From a virus, in IMG/VR virus record IMGVR_UViG_3300016476_000979, positions 1-35,745 of that record: DNA of 35,745 bases; one strand, given 5' to 3'. Both the position numbers and the translations under genes were made by a program. The stretch's first letter is position 1, and each line of letters opens with the position of its first letter. The notes beneath the pieces were generated by a model. It saw only the letters and a list, made by a program, of their open reading frames with translations, did no database searches and had not been told where the DNA came from. Below, one piece after another: positions 23,075 to 30,347 of this stretch.

Positions 23075-25117
23075 ATGGCGATCCTTATCAACGATACGAC
23101 CCCGCGCGTCCAATACACGGCGACTTCTGGTCAGACGGTGTTCTCGGTCCCGTTCGAGTTCTTTTCGAACGCCGATCTCAAAGTCTATAAAAATGCCACC
23201 CTGCAAACCCTGACGACCCATTACACGGTCACCGGCGCAGGCGTCACCGGCGGCGGCTCGGTCACATTGACCAGCGGCGCAACGGCTGGCGACATCATCA
23301 CCATTTTGCGCGACATCCCGGTCGCCCGCAGTTCGGATTTCCCGACCTCTGGTCCGTTCAATATCGATGCGCTCAACAGCGATCTCGACCGTCTGACGGC
23401 GATGGTGCAGGAGCGCGAGACGGCCATTGAGCGCAGCCTGCGGATGCCCGATACCGATGGCACGATCTCCACCACCTTGCCTGCCAAGGCTTCGCGCCAA
23501 GGGCGCGTGCTGGCGTTTAACGCGACGACTGGCGCACCTGAGGCTGGCCCGACGATTACTGCGGTCAATGATGTTTCCGCGTCGTCTGCGAATGTTGACA
23601 CGGTGGCGGGGGCCATCAGCAACGTCAATACGGTGGCGGGCTCGATTGCCAATGTGAATGCGACGGGCGGCAGCATTGCCAATGTCAACACGGTGGCGGG
23701 GATCGCCGCCAATGTGACAAGCGTCGCGGGCAACGCGGCCAATATCAACACGGTCGCTGGGGTCAGCGCCAATGTGACCACGGTCGCTAGCAATATTGCA
23801 GCGGTCAGCACCAACGCCAGCAACATTGTCGCAATCCAAAACGCGGCGACCAATGCCACCAATGCAGCCAACTCGGCTACAGCGGCCGCCAGCTCGGCGT
23901 CGGCGGCTGCCAGTTCGGCGAGTTCTGCGTCGTCGGCGGCGAGTTCAGCGGCTAGTGCGCAAAGCGCAGCAGAAGCAGCGCGCGATCAAACCCTGACGGC
24001 GTTCGATAATTTTGATGACCGGTATCTTGGCACCAAAGCTAGTGATCCGACGCTCGACAATGACGGCAATGCGCTTGTCGCAGGCGCGCTCTATTTTAAT
24101 TCGACCGACGGCGTCATGAAGGTTTACACCGGGTCGGCATGGGTCGCGGCCTATGTCTCTGGCTCAGCGACCGGCGCAGCGTTGACGGTCAATAACTTGT
24201 CCGATCTGGCCAGTATTGCGACTGCGCGCACGAACCTTGGCTTGGGCACAGCTGCGCTTGAAAACACCTCAGCGTTTGCGGCTGCGGTTCATACGCATGG
24301 TTCAACGTCGATTAGCGATAGCACAGCGGCAGGCCGCGCTTTGTTGACGGGGGCGGATGCTGCCGCTCAACGCACAAGCTTGGGTCTTGGCACTGCTGCC
24401 ACAATGACCGGCCCGTCCGGCACCATTGTCGGAGCCAGCGACACGCAAACGCTGACTAACAAGACCCTGACGACACCGGTCATTAACGGGATGACTGGCG
24501 ACACGTCGTTGATCAATTTTGGCTCAGGTCAATTCTACAAAACGACAGACGGCAAAATCGGCATTGGCACGACAACGCCGGGTGCAGAGCTTGATGTCAA
24601 AGGTGCGTTTCGTCTCTCGGGCTCAACATCAGGCTATGTCGGCTTTGCTGCCGCTGCGGCTGCGGGCAGCACCACTTACACGTTGCCCAGCGCCGATGGC
24701 ACCAATGGCCAGTTTTTGCGCACCAATGGATCGGGCACTTTGACGTGGGCAACGCCAACGGCACCAGTCACGAGCCTTGTCGCGGGCGATGGCATTACGG
24801 TCAGCGCTGCGACCGGCGATGTCACGATTAGTCAAGATTTGTATACGGGAACATCGGCAACCAATACGAGCTTCCCGATTGGCACGACGCTTTTGGTAGC
24901 TTACGCCAACACTGGCGCAACTCAAACGCAGAATTTGGCCTCGACGCGGACATTGTATGTGCGCACAAACTCAAGTGAAGGCGTTGCTTATTCAGCGACG
25001 GCAACAGGGCGCAGCGCGTTGAGCGGCACATGGCGGGCGCGTGGCCTTCAAATCCTTATTAATGACACGAGCCTAAACAACTACACTTATGTTGCGCTTT
25101 TCCAACGAACCGCATGA
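23075..25117 (+). CDS. Tail fibre protein (T7 gp17-like N-terminus, repeat shaft, divergent C-terminal receptor-binding domain)
   Basis: The N-terminal TPRVQYTATSGQTVFSVPFEFFSNADLKVY...ILRDIPVARSSDF...ALNSDLDRL fits the T7 tail-fibre N-terminal domain. There are 10-aa shaft repeats, LGLGTAA motifs, and a C-terminal SGTWRARG...ALFQRTA. Confidence 0.85.
   Translation: MAILINDTTPRVQYTATSGQTVFSVPFEFFSNADLKVYKNATLQTLTTHYTVTGAGVTGGGSVTLTSGATAGDIITILRDIPVARSSDFPTSGPFNIDALNSDLDRLTAMVQERETAIERSLRMPDTDGTISTTLPAKASRQGRVLAFNATTGAPEAGPTITAVNDVSASSANVDTVAGAISNVNTVAGSIANVNATGGSIANVNTVAGIAANVTSVAGNAANINTVAGVSANVTTVASNIAAVSTNASNIVAIQNAATNATNAANSATAAASSASAAASSASSASSAASSAASAQSAAEAARDQTLTAFDNFDDRYLGTKASDPTLDNDGNALVAGALYFNSTDGVMKVYTGSAWVAAYVSGSATGAALTVNNLSDLASIATARTNLGLGTAALENTSAFAAAVHTHGSTSISDSTAAGRALLTGADAAAQRTSLGLGTAATMTGPSGTIVGASDTQTLTNKTLTTPVINGMTGDTSLINFGSGQFYKTTDGKIGIGTTTPGAELDVKGAFRLSGSTSGYVGFAAAAAAGSTTYTLPSADGTNGQFLRTNGSGTLTWATPTAPVTSLVAGDGITVSAATGDVTISQDLYTGTSATNTSFPIGTTLLVAYANTGATQTQNLASTRTLYVRTNSSEGVAYSATATGRSALSGTWRARGLQILINDTSLNNYTYVALFQRTA
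23591..23830 (+). repeat. Eight tandem 30-nt (10-aa) coding repeats in the tail-fibre shaft
   Basis: Units begin at 23591, 23621, 23651, 23681, 23711, 23741, 23771 and 23801. The consensus is aatgtSaacacggtggcggg...; protein consensus NVNTVAGxIA. The last unit is degenerate. Confidence 0.85.
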
Positions 25118-25353
25118 GGCCCTTTATGGATCGTGACAAATATAAAAACCTTCGGGTTTTGTGTCGGTGGGAAGCCGATGGCGGCCTCAATTGTCTTGTC
25201 GATATGTGGGACGATTGGTCAAAAACATGGGAGCTCGATGTTCCTTATGTGGCGCGCAAAGGCGACCCTGCGCCATGCAATATTTGGATCCTCAATCAAA
25301 TCGCCAATGGTTCTTATGGGCCTTTTGAGCCTTGTCTTGTGACGGACGAATAA
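25114..25353 (+). CDS. Hypothetical protein (79 aa) coupled to the tail fibre gene; possible fibre accessory/chaperone
   Basis: ATGA overlap with the fibre stop. It shares the lower G+C of the fibre 3' end. Confidence 0.55.
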   Translation: MRPFMDRDKYKNLRVLCRWEADGGLNCLVDMWDDWSKTWELDVPYVARKGDPAPCNIWILNQIANGSYGPFEPCLVTDE

Positions 25354-25354
25354 A

Positions 25355-25555
25355 ATGGCCGCGCACCACCTGACCGAGCCCGAGAAAATTATTGGAGACG
25401 TTGTGAGTGTTGGGACGGTCGTGGGCACATTATCCGGATTACTGCCATCCATTGCCGCCATCTTCACAATCGTGTGGACCGGCATCCGCATCTACGAAAC
25501 CGATACCGTGCAACGGATGATCGGTCGCGCACCGGTCGATAAAGCGGACGATTGA
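25355..25555 (+). CDS. Small membrane protein (holin/antiholin-like), 66 aa
   Basis: Hydrophobic core VVSVGTVVGTLSGLLPSIAAIFTIVWTGIRI with a charged C-terminus. It lies immediately upstream of the holin. Confidence 0.55.
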   Translation: MAAHHLTEPEKIIGDVVSVGTVVGTLSGLLPSIAAIFTIVWTGIRIYETDTVQRMIGRAPVDKADD

Positions 25556-25556
25556 C

Positions 25557-25946
25557 ATGCCGTTTGGTGTGGCTGACGCCATTGCAGCGGGGATGAAGGT
25601 CCTCGACAAGTTTATTCCCGATCCCGCCGAGCGGGCACGCGCAGAGACGCAATTGCGCGCCGATCTTTTGGCGTGGGACAAGACACAGACCGATGTGAAT
25701 GCGGTCGAAGCGCAGCACGACAATGTGTTCGTCGCAGGCTGGCGGCCAGCGATCGGTTGGTCTTGCGCTTTTGCGTTTGGATTTAACTTTGTGCTCGGCC
25801 CGATCATCGCATGGGGCAGCACATTGGTCGGCTACCCGGTGCCGCTGCCGACCTTCAACCACGACGCCTTGATGTCGATGACGCTTGGCATGTTGGGCAT
25901 TGCCGGGATGCGGTCATGGGAAAAATATAAGGGCCTGACCAAATGA
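25557..25946 (+). CDS. Holin, 3-TM GTA-type (DUF3154/PF11351-like)
   Basis: N-terminal AAGMKVLDKFIPDPAERARAETQLRADLL followed by NVFVAGWRPAIGWSCAFAFGFNFVLGPIIAW and further TM segments. ATGA-coupled to the endolysin. Confidence 0.8.
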   Translation: MPFGVADAIAAGMKVLDKFIPDPAERARAETQLRADLLAWDKTQTDVNAVEAQHDNVFVAGWRPAIGWSCAFAFGFNFVLGPIIAWGSTLVGYPVPLPTFNHDALMSMTLGMLGIAGMRSWEKYKGLTK

Positions 25947-26458
25947 GCTTCGATACAGCCCTCAAAGAAACGCTGAGCCATGAAGGCGGCTGGGCCAAAC
26001 ACCCGCTTGATCCCGGTGGGTCGACCATGAAGGGCGTGACGAAAACGACCTATGAGGATTGGATGGGGCGCGCCGTCAACGACAATGAGTTGAAGGAAAT
26101 CCCCGACGCGCATTTGCAGGCGATCTATCGCGACAAGTTCTGGAACCGGGTGCGCGGCGATGAATTGCCGTCCGCCGTGGCGATGGTGGTGTTTGATTTT
26201 GCCGTCAACTCAGGGCCGGTGCGGGCCATCCGGCATTTGCAATCGGTGGTCGGCGCATCGCCGGACGGCCAGATCGGTCCAAAAACCTTGGCGGCGGTCG
26301 ACAATTACATGGCCAAGCACGGCATCGAGACGCTGATCAAATCCTATTCTCATTCCCGGCTGATGTATCTGCGCGATCTCAAAACATGGCGGGTGTTTGG
26401 ACGCGGTTGGGAGCGCCGAGTGATCACCGTCGAGCGCAAGGCCATTGCCCATATCTAG
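25943..26458 (+). CDS. Endolysin: glycoside hydrolase family 108 domain plus PG_binding_3 domain
   Basis: ETLSHEGGWAKHPLDPGGSTMKGVT is the GH108 signature. SPDGQIGPKTLAAVDNY is the peptidoglycan-binding motif. Confidence 0.85.
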   Translation: MSFDTALKETLSHEGGWAKHPLDPGGSTMKGVTKTTYEDWMGRAVNDNELKEIPDAHLQAIYRDKFWNRVRGDELPSAVAMVVFDFAVNSGPVRAIRHLQSVVGASPDGQIGPKTLAAVDNYMAKHGIETLIKSYSHSRLMYLRDLKTWRVFGRGWERRVITVERKAIAHI

Positions 26459-27339
26459 CGGGCGCGCGGGTGGGCGGCGTCATAAATTGTCAACAGGCGG
26501 TCCATCGCGACCTCGGCATATTTGGTGGTCGATGAGATCGATTCATGCCCGAGCAGGATTTGCAGTGAGCGCAGATCGGCCCCCCGGTTGAGAAGATCGG
26601 TGGCAAAGGCATGGCGCAGCGCGTGGGGCGTTGCGCTTTTGGGCAGGCCAAGATCGGCGCGCATGCGTTCGAGCTTGAGTTGAATGAGCCGGGGGCTCAA
26701 GGCCCCGCCGCGTGCACCGCGAAAGAACAACGATCCCTTGGTCAGATCATACGGGCATTGCTCCTGGTAGAGTTTGCAAAACCGAGCAATGATGGGAAGA
26801 ATGGGCACTTCACGCTGTTTTGAGCCTTTGCCCCAAACCCGCAACGCGCGCTCGGGATCGAGCGGGGCATCTTCGGCTTTGATCGACAGGGCTTCGGAGA
26901 TGCGCAAGCCCGCACCATAGAGCAAGAGCAGCACGGCTTGGTCGCGCACCCCTTTCCAATCATTGGCAGGGGCCGTGCGCAGCATCGAGACGGCGGCATC
27001 GGTAGCGACAGGGCGTGGCAAGCGACGGGCCACCACGGGCGTCCTGACGCTGTTATAGGGCAAGGCGGAGCCAAGCCCCTCGCGGTCGAGGAAGCGGCCA
27101 AACATTCGAAGCGCGGCGATCTGGCGTTGCAGGGTGGCGGCTCCAACCCCCTGCCCGCGCCGTGCGCCCAAGAACGAGCGAATGTCATAGACGGTGGCCT
27201 CGGCCAGCGAGATTGCGCCGAGATGGTCGGCAAACTGGCGCACGTCGCGCAGATAGGATGCGACCGTATTGGCGGGCGCATAGCGCTCGGCCTCAAGGTG
27301 ACGGCGATAAAGCTGGATCAGATGCGGGTTGATGCTCAT
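26455..27339 (-). CDS. int: Tyrosine recombinase/integrase, short XerC/XerD-like type
   Basis: LLLYGAGLRISEAL (Arg), HALRHAFAT (H-x-x-R), LLGHESISSTTKYAEV (His, Tyr). Start chosen at MSINPH (27339); the ORF-track start at 27402 is a TTG. Confidence 0.9.
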   Translation of the reverse strand: MSINPHLIQLYRRHLEAERYAPANTVASYLRDVRQFADHLGAISLAEATVYDIRSFLGARRGQGVGAATLQRQIAALRMFGRFLDREGLGSALPYNSVRTPVVARRLPRPVATDAAVSMLRTAPANDWKGVRDQAVLLLLYGAGLRISEALSIKAEDAPLDPERALRVWGKGSKQREVPILPIIARFCKLYQEQCPYDLTKGSLFFRGARGGALSPRLIQLKLERMRADLGLPKSATPHALRHAFATDLLNRGADLRSLQILLGHESISSTTKYAEVAMDRLLTIYDAAHPRAR

Positions 27340-27402
27340 GGCGGCTGAACCTCTCGCCCCAAGAGAAGTTCCAGAACCCGCTTGCGTCAAATCGGCAATC
27401 AA

Positions 27403-27606
27403 GCTGTAGTGGGGATAACCCGCGAAAATCTATCCACACCCACTAGATGTTGTAGTTAAGCGAGAACGCCACCATTCTATGTCTTATGCGAACTGCATGT
27501 ATGCAGTTGAGTTAAGTGTTTGTTAAGGATTGCCAATCCTGATCCTTACCGGGGTTTGTTCCACCAATAGGTTCACTGCCCTATACCTAGATGTTGTGGT
27601 CAAAAT
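27403..27606. promoter_or_regulatory. attP-like intergenic region: 18-bp perfect palindrome flanked by 14-bp direct repeats
   Basis: AACTGCATGTATGCAGTT at 27491-27508. ctagatgttgtagt at 27443-27456 and ctagatgttgtggt at 27587-27600. Small hairpin aggatt-gcc-aatcct at about 27525-27539. No ORF. Confidence 0.5.
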
Positions 27607-28653
27607 CTAGCGACGGCTGCGCAGGAACGTCAGGTAATCGGCAGCCATTTCCACGTCCTTAAACACCTCAACCACCCCTTCTTCGGTCTTTGATTCGGGG
27701 TTGATGATGGTCACCACGGCAGGCAAATTCTGCTCCGTGAAGCCGCGCGCTTTGGCATACTCGTCGTAATGCTTGTAGGTGCCGACGCGGATGCCATGGC
27801 TCCATAGCCCGCTCATGGGATCCTTGACCACGCCCATGCCAAAAATGTGCATGTGGCCGGACAGCACGATGTGATCGCGCCAGCCCATCTGCGCGGCTTT
27901 CATCGGACCATGGGCGGCGTTCCATTGGCTGGTGCCGACATGGTCATGGCGGATATTGACGCGGATGGCGCGCCCTCGTGGGGCCCTCAGTTCAAGCCTG
28001 ACCCCATGCGCCTGCGCCAAGATTGCCTGCTGCTTGCCGAGCCAATGGATCGGATCGTCAGCGCCGGACCAGACATCATGGTTGCCCGCCACGATATAGA
28101 GCCATGGCACCTGTCGCATGAACCATTCGACCAGGCGTCGGCCTTCGGCGGCGGTGGTCGATTGATGGGCATAAAGCCGCGCCAATCGCCCAATCCAATT
28201 GTTCCTGAGATCGCCGACATTGCCCGCCAGCAAACCGGGCGTGGCATTGGCCAGCGCAATGTGGCGCTCGAGCGTCAGGAAGTCGCAGCCATCATCATCC
28301 AAATGCGGATCGCCCATATGCAAGATGCCATAGGGACCGTCGATGTTGACCTTGACCGGGATGAGATGCCGCGCCGTCTCAAACCGCTGCTTGCGTTCGA
28401 ACAACTTCTTGCGCCTTGCAATGAATTCATCGAGCGGTTCTTCGCCATCGGGCAGCGTGCTGACTTCGAAGGCGCGTGCGCCCTCCTCTTTCAGACGCCG
28501 ACGAATGGTGCGGTCGGAGATCTTGAGCGCTTTGGCGGTTTCGCGGATCGAGCCATAGCGTTTGATGAGGGTGGAGAGTTCAGCCGCGGACGGCAATTCG
28601 AGAGCGGGCTTTCGCATCATACCGCCAGCGTTGGGGACACTGGGGATGACCAT
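27607..28653 (-). CDS. HTH domain fused to a calcineurin-like metallophosphoesterase
   Basis: N-terminal LIKRYGSIRETAKALKISDRTIRRRLKEEG is the HTH. The phosphoesterase motifs are GDPHLDD, GNVGDL, GNHD and GHMH. An alternative start at 28620 (MMRKP) is ATGA-coupled to a 34-codon upstream ORF. Confidence 0.8.
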   Translation of the reverse strand: MVIPSVPNAGGMMRKPALELPSAAELSTLIKRYGSIRETAKALKISDRTIRRRLKEEGARAFEVSTLPDGEEPLDEFIARRKKLFERKQRFETARHLIPVKVNIDGPYGILHMGDPHLDDDGCDFLTLERHIALANATPGLLAGNVGDLRNNWIGRLARLYAHQSTTAAEGRRLVEWFMRQVPWLYIVAGNHDVWSGADDPIHWLGKQQAILAQAHGVRLELRAPRGRAIRVNIRHDHVGTSQWNAAHGPMKAAQMGWRDHIVLSGHMHIFGMGVVKDPMSGLWSHGIRVGTYKHYDEYAKARGFTEQNLPAVVTIINPESKTEEGVVEVFKDVEMAADYLTFLRSRR

Positions 28654-28740
28654 ACGGAAAATTGGCGCGGCGCAAATGGACTTGAGTAAATCATCCTATC
28701 GGCTGGCTGAGCCGATAGCATCTTGTTTCCTCCCTAGACT

Positions 28741-28983
28741 TCACCCCCGCGCCTCCCCTCGGTGCGGGGGTTTTTCATTGTCATTGGCGCTGCGCAGCGC
28801 GCGCCGGATGAAGCTGCGTTGGTTGGCGGTCTGTCGCCAATCTGATCCCGACATTGGGAACACCAAACCACTCAACAGCCGCGTGCCGAACGCGGCATTG
28901 ACGCGCCAATGTTTGCCGCTCTGAATAGCGACGACCCGCCCGCCCAAGGATTCGATCAGCGTTTTAATCTCGCGTCGCGTCAT
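28741..28983 (-). CDS. HicA-like small protein (80 aa); assignment tentative
   Basis: MTRREIKTLIESLGGRVVAIQSGKHWRV...VFPMSGSDWRQTANQRSFIRRAL follows the HicA/YcfA pattern (K.RE.IK.L...G, GSH-like, VP.......l+.I.+.a). No HicB partner is evident. Confidence 0.5.
   Translation of the reverse strand: MTRREIKTLIESLGGRVVAIQSGKHWRVNAAFGTRLLSGLVFPMSGSDWRQTANQRSFIRRALRSANDNEKPPHRGEARG
28744..28775 (+). terminator. Strong intrinsic terminator oriented on the plus strand, antisense to the early operon
   Basis: cccccgcgcc-tcccctc-ggtgcggggg forms a 10-bp stem with one G:U, followed by ttttt on the plus strand only. The minus strand has no U tract after the hairpin. Confidence 0.6.
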
Positions 28984-29098
28984 GGCTGCGCTCCCATGGG
29001 CTGCTGATAAGATAAAGCAGACAGACAAAGGCGATGAGCCCAATCAGCCCGCCGCCGATCACCATGCCGAACAAGAACTCTGCCGTCGCGCCGCTCAC
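28964..29098 (-). CDS. Possible small membrane peptide (44 aa; below the ORF-track cutoff)
   Basis: A GTG directly follows the upstream TAA. (M)SGATAEFLFGMVIGGGLIGLIAFVCLLYLISSPWERSHDATRD has one TM helix. No clear SD. Confidence 0.35.
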   Translation of the reverse strand: MSGATAEFLFGMVIGGGLIGLIAFVCLLYLISSPWERSHDATRD

Positions 29099-29383
29099 TT
29101 ACTCTTTCTCCCCAAGCGCGGCGCGGGCTTCAATACGCAGTTCTGCAAGCAACTCTGGGTAAGATTTGTCAGCGTCACGCGGGCCATCGCATATCTTTCG
29201 CAGCGCCGCTTCCAGCGCCTCAATGCGGTCTTTTATTTCAACACCGCGATGAGAATACACAGGCACATAGATTTGCTGTTTACTATCCCAGATGCATGGA
29301 ACTGTTGCGGCCTGTGGTTTTGGGCTATCAAAACGGGCAGATGCGTCAGTCGTGCATTTACTGAAAGCTTCGTTATCACTCAT
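29099..29383 (-). CDS. Small paralogous protein 3 of a tandem trio (94 aa)
   Basis: It ends in RIEARAALGEKE and contains DRIEALEAALRKI. The last ~30 nt are nearly identical to those of the gene ending at 29570. Start at MSDNEAF (29383). Confidence 0.6.
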   Translation of the reverse strand: MSDNEAFSKCTTDASARFDSPKPQAATVPCIWDSKQQIYVPVYSHRGVEIKDRIEALEAALRKICDGPRDADKSYPELLAELRIEARAALGEKE

Positions 29384-29570
29384 TGTTCTTCTCCCCTGCA
29401 AGCGCGGCATCGTTAATCAGCGCAAATAACTTTCGCATGTCTGCCACTTCTTCGCGCAACCGTTCGATTTCCTTTGCCGACTGAAGGATCAGAAGGTCAT
29501 CTTCGGTATAGTCAGCATGATCTTCACAGTGCGGCACTAAACCGCGCAATCTGTCAGTGATGTCACTCAT
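29376..29570 (-). CDS. Small paralogous protein 2 of a tandem trio (64 aa)
   Basis: MSDITDRLRGL...AKEIERLREEVADMRKLFALINDAALAGEKNNE. Its start overlaps the upstream stop by 1 nt (TGATG). Confidence 0.6.
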   Translation of the reverse strand: MSDITDRLRGLVPHCEDHADYTEDDLLILQSAKEIERLREEVADMRKLFALINDAALAGEKNNE

Positions 29571-29773
29571 CACTCTTTCTCCCCAAGCGCGTCGCGGGCA
29601 ATGTCTCGCATACACTCTTCGTTGCTGATGTTTTCAAAAGTGTCGAAATCTCGTATTTCCCGCAGCGCCTCACGCAGCCGCTCTATTTCGTCGGCGGCAG
29701 CGGTAAGCTCAACACTGTGCGGATCGTCCTGACCAGACGCTAGAAAGCGCAGTCGTTCAACAATGTCCATCAC
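29570..29773 (-). CDS. Small paralogous protein 1 of a tandem trio (67 aa)
   Basis: MMDIVERLRFL...AADEIERLREALREIRDF...ARDALGEKE. Confidence 0.65.
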   Translation of the reverse strand: MMDIVERLRFLASGQDDPHSVELTAAADEIERLREALREIRDFDTFENISNEECMRDIARDALGEKE

Positions 29774-30087
29774 TTGTCCTTCTTTTTCGCCTTGTTGCGC
29801 GCGCTAATCGCAGCGGCTTTCTTCTTGGCGTCCTCTTTGCTCGATGCGCCCCACGCTTGCAGCGATTTGAGAAGCCGTGTCGGCTGGCCTTTCTCGTCGC
29901 GCTCTGGTCCCTTGGCATTGCCCATACGCGCCAAGAACGAAGCGCGGCGCGGGTCATCGCCCGATTTTACGGGTGGCTTGAGATCGGAGCCGGGGTTTTG
30001 TTTTTCATAGGAGCGTCGGCCCGCTTCATTCAGCCCGCCTTTGGGGTCTTTGCCTTCTTTGCGCGTCCATGCTGGGGTCTTGGCCAT
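29770..30087 (-). CDS. Hypothetical basic protein (105 aa)
   Basis: MAKTPAWTRKEGKDPKGGLNEAGRRSYEKQNPGSDLKPPV... with a Lys-rich C-terminus. It is ATGA-type coupled at both ends. Confidence 0.65.
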   Translation of the reverse strand: MAKTPAWTRKEGKDPKGGLNEAGRRSYEKQNPGSDLKPPVKSGDDPRRASFLARMGNAKGPERDEKGQPTRLLKSLQAWGASSKEDAKKKAAAISARNKAKKKDK

Positions 30088-30347
30088 CAGTCATCGTCTC
30101 CCAATTCAACGCCGCATTCTTCGGCGAGCTGATAATATTTGGCCGCGATGGTCTGGCATTCTTTGTAAAGCGCGATCTTGCGGCGTTCGAGCCTCACGAT
30201 GCGCTCGGTCAACAGCGCATTCGTCTTGCGCAGTTCGGCCAGTTGCGCGCGCAAATCGTAATTGTCATTGGCAATCACCATGGCGGCATTCTCGACATCG
30301 GCCGCGAGTTCACTCATCCGTCCCATGACCATCCATCTCCTTGTCAT
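30087..30347 (-). CDS. Coiled-coil protein (86 aa or shorter)
   Basis: LRAQLAELRKTNALLTERIVRLERRKIALYKE. The start is either the ATGA-coupled ATG at 30347 or an internal ATG at 30326 after AAGGAG. Confidence 0.6.
   Translation of the reverse strand: MTRRWMVMGRMSELAADVENAAMVIANDNYDLRAQLAELRKTNALLTERIVRLERRKIALYKECQTIAAKYYQLAEECGVELGDDD

Noticed and set aside
23075-25117. A diversity-generating retroelement targeting the tail fibre, as in BPP-1-like podophages.
   Set aside because: No reverse transcriptase gene exists anywhere in the genome, and there is no template-repeat copy of the fibre 3' end.
27491-27508. The 18-bp palindrome read as a dif-like XerC/XerD site.
   Set aside because: TGCG...GTTAA flanks are present, but the spacing (20 nt versus 15 nt in E. 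coli dif, compared from memory) and the arm sequences do not match. The core motif is shared with six promoter-associated copies, which favours an operator role. It is left open as a possible crossover core only.
27847-28689. 280-aa plus-strand ORF antisense to the metallophosphoesterase gene, and 307-aa plus-strand ORF 34509..35432 antisense to the exonuclease gene.
   Set aside because: The opposite-strand genes carry complete family motifs (GDPH/GNHD/GHMH; GIGGSDA). The antisense translations are compositionally aberrant.
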